Below the pieces are notes generated by a model, which saw only the letters and a program-made list of their open reading frames with translations, was not told where the DNA came from and ran no database searches. Shown piece after piece: positions 1 to 13,000 of a stretch of DNA of 64,000 nucleotides. The DNA comes from Thalia democratica (Eukaryota), in NCBI GenBank assembly GCA_965202585.1, contig OZ241829.1:29698001-29762000 (forward strand). Reading direction: 5' to 3'. Both the position numbers and the translations under genes were made by a program. Position 1 is the first letter of the stretch. Every line of letters begins with the position of its first letter.

Positions 1-1014
1 AAGCTGAACAAGTTATCAAAGTAAAACACTCGTAACTTTTTAGAATTAGAAAGCGAGTTTTTAAAGTTTTTGGTTTTATCAAACTTAGCCAGAAACTTTT
101 TTATTTAATAGTCATCTATTATTACACAAAATTAAAACTGTATATGTTTCAGAAATTTATAATTTCTAAATCTACTTATTAAAATACTGTTTTAAAAAAC
201 TTAGCATTCTTAGATTTCAATTTGCTTTTACATTACTACTGGCAGATTCTTACTAGTAGTCCCAAGTTGTGTTGCTGAAATTTGAATTACCTTACCTAAC
301 AGCTCTAAAACTTAAATGAAATAGTTTTTTTTATAATTATATTCAATTTCTTCTATACTGCTAAGAATTTATTAAGTAAGCCTATATAAATAGTATATCC
401 ATTTTAAAATTAAAATTTTATTTTCAAGATATGATTCATTTAAGTTTTTATAACAATTTGAATTGTAAGATTTCAAATGTCGAAATTTAACTGTCAAGTA
501 ATTTTATTTACAATATAATACGAAAAATCTAACGCTTAGTTAAGTAAGTATTTATAGTTATGCCGCAAAAACTGATAAATCTTTAACTAAACCCATACTT
601 AAAAATAAAAATCACTTAAAAAGTTCAAAGTTTGATAAAAGACTTATAAAACGCACAATTAAAGTTACCTAAGACTTGTAAATACATTTTAGTGGTAGTT
701 TCGTTGTTACAAACTTTTATTTTTAATTTAACTAGATTTTAAGTATACCTCAATTATTGTTTAATTTAGTTACCTTATATTTATGTAAAATGATACAATC
801 ACTACGATAGAAAAAGTGGTAATTTAAGTACAAAAACTTAATATTGGAACAATAATTAATTCTAAAAATTATATTCTGCAGAAAGCTTAGATAATATAAT
901 CTTATAATCAATGTTTATAGATGTGAAATACCTCTAAACTTAGATACCTTAGTGTTGTATAAACTAACAAAAGTATTACAAGGAAAAAGTAAAAACAATT
1001 ATGTTAATACTTAC

Positions 1015-4000
1015 TCTTTAAGCATCTCATTGGGTTGGCTGTGTCGAAAGGTGGTGAAAGTGCTCCATTTTGGCAAGTTCTTTTTGGCACATCGGTCGAA
1101 AGGGAAGCATACCCTTCTGAACAGTTGTAAGTTGTACTTTGGCCATGATTAATCGGCGCTGCTGGATATGGCTGAGAGTTCGTTACAGTATGAAAATCAT
1201 TGCAATCTGAAATTATTTTAGTGCTTTGATCTTTAAATTTTTAAAGTATTTTTCAATATTGTTATTTGTTTTTACTTGCTGACTTATATGTGCAATATTC
1301 TAAAGTGCATATTATATTAAGATAGTTTTTTACGGTAAGATGGCGGTACTGATTACATTTATGTAATGAATTATGTAGCTTTAGAAGTTTTCAATATAAA
1401 ACTTTTGTATTCAAATAAGTTTTAATTACTGTTAAGACTTTAATTACGTTCTGTTCTTTAAGTTACCAAAAGTTACAGTAAAACTTCATTTGAAGCCGAA
1501 AAACTTTAGATTTTTAGACTATGAAAAACTTAACATTTTAGAAATATGAATTAAAACAAATTCCACTATGTTAGTGTTTTCAACTTACTTTGGTAACATA
1601 TGACTTCAGTATCTGGATTGAGCTCGCCGTCATTACAAGTTCTAGTATCGTCCCCGGTCAGTGTGTAGTTTTCATTGCATTCAAAAGTTACAGTTTCTGA
1701 AGAAATATAAACCGTCCTACCGTCTTTAGTATCACCGTTCGCAGGCTTGGTTATTGTGCACTCTGTTTATAACAGTACTTTGGTTTTAAAGTTTGTAGCA
1801 AACAATAATGCTTAAAAGCTATAATTTAAGATTTATATCAATTTTAATGAAATTTTGCAAGTCGAATTGAACTTCTAACAAACATGTTAAAACCTTTTTG
1901 TTTGATAAACTTGAATAAGTATAACTGAAGCTGAAACACTTTTATTAATTTTACAAAAAAAAAACACAAAGAAGTTAAAAAACCAAAAAATACTCTTATT
2001 TAAGTACCTTGTAGTTGAAAACATGAAAGAGGTTATTTAAAAAGTACAATTGCTTAGTACTACAATACAATGCAAAACAAGTATGTAAATAAAAAGCTTA
2101 TGTGCTAAAATTTTTAATTAAATAATAATTTCAATGTATATGATAAGTAAATTCAAAAAGTTATTAAGATAGAAGAAAGTTGAAGAATTTTATAACTCCT
2201 GCTTAAAAATAATTAGAATACTTAAGTTGTTTTAAACATCGTCCAATAGTATTTTTTTTCTTGATGGTTTGTATAACGAGTGTAGAACTTTAAAACAAAC
2301 CTTAGCTAAATTGTATCATTTCTAACCTTAAGTATTTGATGTTTGAAAGTTATATTCTGCAGAAAACTTAAATAATAATTATTCTATAATCAATTTTATT
2401 AGATGTGAAACATCTCTAAATTTAGGTACCTTAGTGCTGTATAAACTAACAAAAGTACTAAAGGAAAAAATAAAAACAGTTATGTTAATACTTACTCTTT
2501 AAGCAACTCATTGGGTTGGCTGTGTCGAAAGGTGGTGAAAGTGCTCCATTTTGGCAAGTTCTTTTTGGCACATCGGTCGAAAGGGAAGCATACCCTTCTG
2601 AACAGTTGTAAGTTGTACTTTGGCCATGATTAATCGGCGCTGCTGGATATGGCTTAGAGTTCGTTACAGTATGAAAATCATTGCAATCTGAAATTATTTT
2701 AGTGCTTTGATCTTTAAATTTTTAAAGTTTTTTTCAATATTGTTATTTGTTTTTACTTGCTGACGTATATGTGCAATATTCTAAAGTGCATATTATATTA
2801 GGATAATTTTTTACGGTAAGATGGCGGTACTGATTACATTTATGTAATGAATTATGTAGCTTTAGAAGTTTTCAATATAAAACTTGTGTATTCAAATAAG
2901 TTTTAATTACTGTTAGGACTTTAATTACGTTCTGTTCTTTAAGTTACCAAAAGTTACAGTAAAACTTCATTTGAAGCCGAAAAACTTTAGATTTTTAGAC
3001 TATGAAAAACTTAACATTTTAGAAATATAAATTAAAACAAATTCCACTATGTTAGTGTTTTCAACTTACTTTGGTAACATATGACTTCAGTATCTGGATT
3101 GAGCTCGCCGTCATTACAAGTTCTAGTATCGTCCCCGGTCAGTGTGTAGTTTTCATTGCATATAAAAGTTACAGTTTCTGAAGAAATATAAACCGTCCTA
3201 CCGTCTCGAGTATCACCGTTCGCAGGCTTGGTTATTGTGCACTCTGTTTATAACAGTACTTTGGTTTTAAAGTTTGTAGCAAACAATAATGCTTAAAAGC
3301 TATAATTTAAGATTTATATCAATTTTAATGAAATTTTGCAAGCCGAATTGAACTTCTAACAAACATGTTAAAACCTTTTTGTTTGATAAACTTGAATAAG
3401 TATAACTGAAGCTGAAACACTTTTATTAATTTTACAAAAAAAAAAACACAAAGAAGTTAAACAACCAAAAAATACTCTTATTTAAGTACCTTGTAGTTGA
3501 AAACATGAAAAAGGTTATTTAAAAAGTACAATTGCTTAGTACTACAATACAATGCAAAACAAGTATGTAAATAAAAAGCTTATGTGCTAAAATTTTCAAT
3601 TAAATAATAATTTCAATGTATATGATAAGTAAATTCAAAAAGTTATTAAGATAGAAGAAAGTTGAAGAATTTTATAACTCCTGCTTAAAAATAATTAGAA
3701 TACTTAAGTTGTTTTAAACATCGTCCAATAGTATTTTTTTTCTTGATGGTTTGTATAACGAGTGTAGAACTTTAAAACAAACCTTAGCTAAATTGTATCA
3801 TTTCTAACCTTAAGTATTTGATGTTTGAAAGTTATATTCTGCAGAAAACTTAAATAATAATTATTCTATAATCAATTTTATTAGATGTGAAACATCTCTA
3901 AATTTAGGTACCTTAGTGCTGTATAAACTAACAAAAGTACTAAAGGAAAAAATAAAAACAGTTATGTTAATACTTACTCTTTAAGCAACTCATTGGGTTG

Positions 4001-7000
4001 GCTGTGTCGAAAGGTGGTGAAAGTGCTCCATTTTGGCAAGTTCTTTTTGGCACATCGGTCGAAAGGGAAGCATACCCTTCTGAACAGTTGTAAGTTGTAC
4101 TTTGGCCATGATTAATCGGCGCTGCTGGATATGGCTGAGAGTTCGTTACAGTATGAAAATCATTGCAATCTGAAATTATTTTAGTGCTTTGATCTTTAAA
4201 TTTTTAAAGTTTTTTTCAATATTGTTATTTGTTTTTACTTGCTGACGTATATGTGCAATATTCTAAAGTGCATATTATATTAGGATAATTTTTTACGGTA
4301 AGATGGCGGTACTGATTACATTTATGTAATGAATTATGTAGCTTTAGAAGTTTTCAATATAAAACTTGTGTATTCAAATAAGTTTTAATTACTGTTAGGA
4401 CTTTAATTACGTTCTGTTCTTTAAGTTACCAAAAGTTACAGTAAAACTTCATTTGAATCCGAAAAACTTTAGATTTTTAGACTATGAAAAACTTAACATT
4501 TTAGAAATATAAATTAAAACAAATTCCACTATGTTAGTGTTTTCAACTTACTTTGGTAACATATGACTTCAGTATCTGGATTGAGCTCGCCGTCATTACA
4601 AGTTCTAGTATCGTCCCCGGTCAGTGTGTAGTTTTCATTGCATATAAAAGTTACAGTTTCTGAAGAAATATAAACCGTCCTACCGTCTTTAGTATCACCG
4701 TTCGCAGGCTTGGTTATTGTGCACTCTGTTTATAACAGTACTTTGGTTTTAAAGTTTGTAGCAAACAATAATGCTTAAAAGCTATAATTTAAGATTTATA
4801 TCAATTTTAATGAAATTTTGCAAGCCGAATTGAACTTCTAACAAACATGTTAAAACCTTTTTGTTTGATAAACTTGAATAAGTATAACTGAAGCTGAAAC
4901 ACTTTTATTAATTTTACAAAAAAAAAAACACAAAGAAGTTAAACAACCAAAAAATACTCTTATTTAAGTACCTTGTAGTTGAAAACATGAAAGAGGTTAT
5001 TTAAAAAGTACAATTGCTTAGTACTACAATACAATGCAAAACAAGTATGTAAATAAAAAGCTTATGTGCTAAAATTTTCAATTAAATAATAATTTCAATG
5101 TATATGATAAGTAAATTCAAAAAGTTATTAAGATAGAAGAAAGTTGAAGAATTTTATAACTCCTGCTTAAAAATAATTAGAATACTTAAGTTGTTTTAAA
5201 CATCGTCCAATAGTATTTTTTTTCTTGATGGTTTGTATAACGAGTGTAGAACTTTAAAACAAACCTTAGCTAAATTGTATCATTTCTAACCTTAAGTATT
5301 TGATGTTTGAAAGTTATATTCTGCAGAAAACTTAAATAATAATTATTCTATAATCAATTTTATTAGATGTGAAACATCTCTAAATTTAGGTACCTTAGTG
5401 CTGTATAAACTAACAAAAGTACTAAAGGAAAAAATAAAAACAGTTATGTTAATACTTACTCTTTAAGCAACTCATTGGGTTGGCTGTGTCGAAAGGTGGT
5501 GAAAGTGCTCCATTTTGGCAAGTTCTTTTTGGCACATCGGTCGAAAGGGAAGCATACCCTTCTGAACAGTTGTAAGTTGTACTTTGGCCATGATTAATCG
5601 GCGCTGCTGGATATGGCTGAGAGTTCGTTACAGTATGAAAATCATTGCAATCTGAAATTATTTTAGTGCTTTGATCTTTAAATTTTTAAAGTTTTTTTCA
5701 ATATTGTTATTTGTTTTTACTTGCTGACGTATATGTGCAATATTCTAAAGTGCATATTATATTAGGATAATTTTTTACGGTAAGATGGCGGTACTGATTA
5801 CATTTATGTAATGAATTATGTAGCTTTAGAAGTTTTCAATATAAAACTTGTGTATTCAAATAAGTTTTAATTACTGTTAGGACTTTAATTACGTTCTGTT
5901 CTTTAAGTTACCAAAAGTTACAGTAAAACTTCATTTGAAGCCGAAAAACTTTAGATTTTTAGACTATGAAAAACTTAACATTTTAGAAATATAAATTAAA
6001 ACAAATTCCACTATGTTAGTGTTTTCAACTTACTTTGGTAACATATGACTTCAGTATCTGGATTGAGCTCGCCGTCATTACAAGTTCTAGTATCGTCCCC
6101 GGTCAGTGTGTAGTTTTCATTGCATATAAAAGTTACAGTTTCTGAAGAAATATAAACCGTCCTACCGTCTTTAGTATCACCGTTCGCAGGCTTGGTTATT
6201 GTGCACTCTGTTTATAACAGTACTTTGGTTTTAAAGTTTGTAGCAAACAATAATGCTTAAAAGCTATAATTTAAGATTTATATCAATTTTAATGAAATTT
6301 TGCAAGCCGAATTGAACTTCTAACAAACATGTTAAAACCTTTTTGTTTGATAAACTTGAATAAGTATAACTGAAGCTGAAACACTTTTATTAATTTTACA
6401 AAAAAAAAAACACAAAGAAGTTAAACAACCAAAAAATACTCTTATTTAAGTACCTTGTAGTTGAAAACATGAAAGAGGTTATTTAAAAAGTACAATTGCT
6501 TAGTACTACAATACAATGCAAAACAAGTATGTAAATAAAAAGCTTATGTGCTAAAATTTTCAATTAAATAATAATTTCAATGTATATGATAAGTAAATTC
6601 AAAAAGTTATTAAGATAGAAGAAAGTTGAAGAATTTTATAACTCCTGCTTAAAAATAATTAGAATACTTAAGTTGTTTTAAACATCGTCCAATAGTATTT
6701 TTTTCTTGATGGTTTGTATAACGAGTGTAGAACTTTAAAACAAACCTTAGCTAAATTGTATCATTTCTAACCTTAAGTATTTGATGTTTGAAAGTTATAT
6801 TCTGCAGAAAACTTAAATAATAATTATTCTATAATCAATTTTATTAGATGTGAAACATCTCTAAATTTAGGTACCTTAGTGCTGTATAAACTAACAAAAG
6901 TACTAAAGGAAAAAATAAAAACAGTTATGTTAATACTTACTCTTTAAGCAACTCATTGGGTTGGCTGTGTCGAAAGGTGGTGAAAGTGCTCCATTTTGGC

Positions 7001-10000
7001 AAGTTCTTTTTGGCACATCGGTCGAAAGGGAAGCATACCCTTCTGAACAGTTGTAAGTTGTACTTTGGCCATGATTAATCGGCGCTGCTGGATATGGCTG
7101 AGAGTTCGTTACAGTATGAAAATCATTGCAATCTGAAATTATTTTAGTGCTTTGATCTTTAAATTTTTAAAGTTTTTTTCAATATTGTTATTTGTTTTTA
7201 CTTGCTGACGTATATGTGCAATATTCTAAAGTGCATATTATATTAGGATAATTTTTTACGGTAAGATGGCGGTACTGATTACATTTATGTAATGAATTAT
7301 GTAGCTTTAGAAGTTTTCAATATAAAACTTGTGTATTCAAATAAGTTTTAATTACTGTTAGGACTTTAATTACGTTCTGTTCTTTAAGTTACCAAAAGTT
7401 ACAGTAAAACTTCATTTGAATCCGAAAAACTTTAGATTTTTAGACTATGAAAAACTTAACATTTTAGAAATATAAATTAAAACAAATTCCACTATGTTAG
7501 TGTTTTCAACTTACTTTGGTAACATATGACTTCAGTATCTGGATTGAGCTCGCCGTCATTACAAGTTCTAGTATCGTCCCCGGTCAGTGTGTAGTTTTCA
7601 TTGCATATAAAAGTTACAGTTTCTGAAGAAATATAAACCGTCCTACCGTCTTTAGTATCACCGTTCGCAGGCTTGGTTATTGTGCACTCTGTTTATAACA
7701 GTACTTTGGTTTTAAAGTTTGTAGCAAACAATAATGCTTAAAAGCTATAATTTAAGATTTATATCAATTTTAATGAAATTTTGCAAGCCGAATTGAACTT
7801 CTAACAAACATGTTAAAACCTTTTTGTTTGATAAACTTGAATAAGTATAACTGAAGCTGAAACACTTTTATTAATTTTACAAAAAAAAAACACAAAGAAG
7901 TTAAACAACCAAAAAATACTCTTATTTAAGTACCTTGTAGTTGAAAACATGAAAGAGGTTATTTAAAAAGTACAATTGCTTAGTACTACAATACAATGCA
8001 AAACAAGTATGTAAATAAAAAGCTTATGTGCTAAAATTTTCAATTAAATAATAATTTCAATGTATATGATAAGTAAATTCAAAAAGTTATTAAGATAGAA
8101 GAAAGTTGAAGAATTTTATAACTCCTGCTTAAAAATAATTAGAATACTTAAGTTGTTTTAAACATCGTCCAATAGTATTTTTTTTCTTGATGGTTTGTAT
8201 AACGAGTGTAGAACTTTAAAACAAACCTTAGCTAAATTGTATCATTTCTAACCTTAAGTATTTGATGTTTGAAAGTTATATTCTGCAGAAAACTTAAATA
8301 ATAATTATTCTATAATCAATTTTATTAGATGTGAAACATCTCTAAATTTAGGTACCTTAGTGCTGTATAAACTAACAAAAGTACTAAAGGAAAAAATAAA
8401 AACAGTTATGTTAATACTTACTCTTTAAGCAACTCATTGGGTTGGCTGTGTCGAAAGGTGGTGAAAGTGCTCCATTTTGGCAAGTTCTTTTTGGCACATC
8501 GGTCGAAAGGGAAGCATACCCTTCTGAACAGTTGTAAGTTGTACTTTGGCCATGATTAATCGGCGCTGCTGGATATGGCTGAGAGTTCGTTACAGTATGA
8601 AAATCATTGCAATCTGAAATTATTTTAGTGCTTTGATCTTTAAATTTTTAAAGTTTTTTTCAATATTGTTATTTGTTTTTACTTGCTGACGTATATGTGC
8701 AATATTCTAAAGTGCATATTATATTAGGATAATTTTTTACGGTAAGATGGCGGTACTGATTACATTTATGTAATGAATTATGTAGCTTTAGAAGTTTTCA
8801 ATATAAAACTTGTGTATTCAAATAAGTTTTAATTACTGTTAGGACTTTAATTACGTTCTGTTCTTTAAGTTACCAAAAGTTACAGTAAAACTTCATTTGA
8901 ATCCGAAAAACTTTAGATTTTTAGACTATGAAAAACTTAACATTTTAGAAATATAAATTAAAACAAATTCCACTATGTTAGTGTTTTCAACTTACTTTGG
9001 TAACATATGACTTCAGTATCTGGATTGAGCTCGCCGTCATTACAAGTTCTAGTATCGTCCCCGGTCAGTGTGTAGTTTTCATTGCATATAAAAGTTACAG
9101 TTTCTGAAGAAATATAAACCGTCCTACCGTCTTTAGTATCACCGTTCGCAGGCTTGGTTATTGTGCACTCTGTTTATAACAGTACTTTGGTTTTAAAGTT
9201 TGTAGCAAACAATAATGCTTAAAAGCTATAATTTAAGATTTATATCAATTTTAATGAAATTTTGCAAGCCGAATTGAACTTCTAACAAACATGTTAAAAC
9301 CTTTTTGTTTGATAAACTTGAATAAGTATAACTGAAGCTGAAACACTTTTATTAATTTTACAAAAAAAAAAACACAAAGAAGTTAAACAACCAAAAAATA
9401 CTCTTATTTAAGTACCTTGTAGTTGAAAACATGAAAGAGGTTATTTAAAAAGTACAATTGCTTAGTACTACAATACAATGCAAAACAAGTATGTAAATAA
9501 AAAGCTTATGTGCTAAAATTTTCAATTAAATAATAATTTCAATGTATATGATAAGTAAATTCAAAAAGTTATTAAGATAGAAGAAAGTTGAAGAATTTTA
9601 TAACTCCTGCTTAAAAATAATTAGAATACTTAAGTTGTTTTAAACATCGTCCAATAGTATTTTTTTTCTTGATGGTTTGTATAACGAGTGTAGAACTTTA
9701 AAACAAACCTTAGCTAAATTGTATCATTTCTAACCTTAAGTATTTGATGTTTGAAAGTTATATTCTGCAGAAAACTTAAATAATAATTATTCTATAATCA
9801 ATTTTATTAGATGTGAAACATCTCTAAATTTAGGTACCTTAGTGCTGTATAAACTAACAAAAGTACTAAAGGAAAAAATAAAAACAGTTATGTTAATACT
9901 TACTCTTTAAGCAACTCATTGGGTTGGCTGTGTCGAAAGGTGGTGAAAGTGCTCCATTTTGGCAAGTTCTTTTTGGCACATCGGTCGAAAGGGAAGCATA

Positions 10001-13000
10001 CCCTTCTGAACAGTTGTAAGTTGTACTTTGGCCATGATTAATCGGCGCTGCTGGATATGGCTGAGAGTTCGTTACAGTATGAAAATCATTGCAATCTGAA
10101 ATTATTTTAGTGCTTTGATCTTTAAATTTTTAAAGTTTTTTTCAATATTGTTATTTGTTTTTACTTGCTGACGTATATGTGCAATATTCTAAAGTGCATA
10201 TTATATTAGGATAATTTTTTACGGTAAGATGGCGGTACTGATTACATTTATGTAATGAATTATGTAGCTTTAGAAGTTTTCAATATAAAACTTGTGTATT
10301 CAAATAAGTTTTAATTACTGTTAGGACTTTAATTACGTTCTGTTCTTTAAGTTACCAAAAGTTACAGCAAAACTTCATTTGAATCCGAAAAACTTTAGAT
10401 TTTTAGACTATGAAAAACTTAACATTTTAGAAATATAAATTAAAACAAATTCCACTATGTTAGTGTTTTCAACTTACTTTGGTAACATATGACTTCAGTA
10501 TCTGGATTGAGCTCGCCGTCATTACAAGTTCTAGTATCGTCCCCGGTCAGTGTGTAGTTTTCATTGCATATAAAAGTTACAGTTTCTGAAGAAATATAAA
10601 CCGTCCTACCGTCTTTAGTATCACCGTTCGCAGGCTTGGTTATTGTGCACTCTGTTTATAACAGTACTTTGGTTTTAAAGTTTGTAGCAAACAATAATGC
10701 TTAAAAGCTATAATTTAAGATTTATATCAATTTTAATGAAATTTTGCAAGCCGAATTGAACTTCTAACAAACATGTTAAAACCTTTTTGTTTGATAAACT
10801 TGAATAAGTATAACTGAAGCTGAAACACTTTTATTAATTTTACAAAAAAAAAAACACAAAGAAGTTAAACAACCAAAAAATACTCTTATTTAAGTACCTT
10901 GTAGTTGAAAACATGAAAGAGGTTATTTAAAAAGTACAATTGCTTAGTACTACAATACAATGCAAAACAAGTATGTAAATAAAAAGCTTATGTGCTAAAA
11001 TTTTCAATTAAATAATAATTTCAATGTATATGATAAGTAAATTCAAAAAGTTATTAAGATAGAAGAAAGTTGAAGAATTTTATAACTCCTGCTTAAAAAT
11101 AATTAGAATACTTAAGTTGTTTTAAACATCGTCCAATAGTATTTTTTTTCTTGATGGTTTGTATAACGAGTGTAGAACTTTAAAACAAACCTTAGCTAAA
11201 TTGTATCATTTCTAACCTTAAGTATTTGATGTTTGAAAGTTATATTCTGCAGAAAACTTAAATAATAATTATTCTATAATCAATTTTATTAGATGTGAAA
11301 CATCTCTAAATTTAGGTACCTTAGTGCTGTATAAACTAACAAAAGTACTAAAGGAAAAAATAAAAACAGTTATGTTAATACTTACTCTTTAAGCAACTCA
11401 TTGGGTTGGCTGTGTCGAAAGGTGGTGAAAGTGCTCCATTTTGGCAAGTTCTTTTTGGCACATCGGTCGAAAGGGAAGCATACCCTTCTGAACAGTTGTA
11501 AGTTGTACTTTGGCCATGATTAATCGGCGCTGCTGGATATGGCTGAGAGTTCGTTACAGTATGAAAATCATTGCAATCTGAAATTATTTTAGTGCTTTGA
11601 TCTTTAAATTTTTAAAGTTTTTTTCAATATTGTTATTTGTTTTTACTTGCTGACGTATATGTGCAATATTCTAAAGTGCATATTATATTAGGATAATTTT
11701 TTACGGTAAGATGGCGGTACTGATTACATTTATGTAATGAATTATGTAGCTTTAGAAGTTTTCAATATAAAACTTGTGTATTCAAATAAGTTTTAATTAC
11801 TGTTAGGACTTTAATTACGTTCTGTTCTTTAAGTTACCAAAAGTTACAGTAAAACTTCATTTGAATCCGAAAAACTTTAGATTTTTAGACTATGAAAAAC
11901 TTAACATTTTAGAAATATAAATTAAAACAAATTCCACTATGTTAGTGTTTTCAACTTACTTTGGTAACATATGACTTCAGTATCTGGATTGAGCTCGCCG
12001 TCATTACAAGTTCTAGTATCGTCCCCGGTCAGTGTGTAGTTTTCATTGCATATAAAAGTTACAGTTTCTGAAGAAATATAAACCGTCCTACCGTCTTTAG
12101 TATCACCGTTCGCAGGCTTGGTTATTGTGCACTCTGTTTATAACAGTACTTTGGTTTTAAAGTTTGTAGCAAACAATAATGCTTAAAAGCTATAATTTAA
12201 GATTTATATCAATTTTAATGAAATTTTGCAAGCCGAATTGAACTTCTAACAAACATGTTAAAACCTTTTTGTTTGATAAACTTGAATAAGTATAACTGAA
12301 GCTGAAACACTTTTATTAATTTTACAAAAAAAAAAACACAAAGAAGTTAAACAACCAAAAAATACTCTTATTTAAGTACCTTGTAGTTGAAAACATGAAA
12401 GAGGTTATTTAAAAAGTACAATTGCTTAGTACTACAATACAATGCAAAACAAGTATGTAAATAAAAAGCTTATGTGCTAAAATTTTCAATTAAATAATAA
12501 TTTCAATGTATATGATAAGTAAATTCAAAAAGTTATTAAGATAGAAGAAAGTTGAAGAATTTTATAACTCCTGCTTAAAAATAATTAGAATACTTAAGTT
12601 GTTTTAAACATCGTCCAATAGTATTTTTTTTCTTGATGGTTTGTATAACGAGTGTAGAACTTTAAAACAAACCTTAGCTAAATTGTATCATTTCTAACCT
12701 TAAGTATTTGATGTTTGAAAGTTATATTCTGCAGAAAACTTAAATAATAATTATTCTATAATCAATTTTATTAGATGTGAAACATCTCTAAATTTAGGTA
12801 CCTTAGTGCTGTATAAACTAACAAAAGTACTAAAGGAAAAAATAAAAACAGTTATGTTAATACTTACTCTTTAAGCAACTCATTGGGTTGGCTGTGTCGA
12901 AAGGTGGTGAAAGTGCTCCATTTTGGCAAGTTCTTTTTGGCACATCGGTCGAAAGGGAAGCATACCCTTCTGAACAGTTGTAAGTTGTACTTTGGCCATG

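Noticed and set aside
952-1152. Plus-strand 66-aa ORF (also 53921-54121 and 55402-55602)
   Set aside because: It is the antisense shadow of CCP exon A. It starts at a non-ATG codon and is broken in most units.
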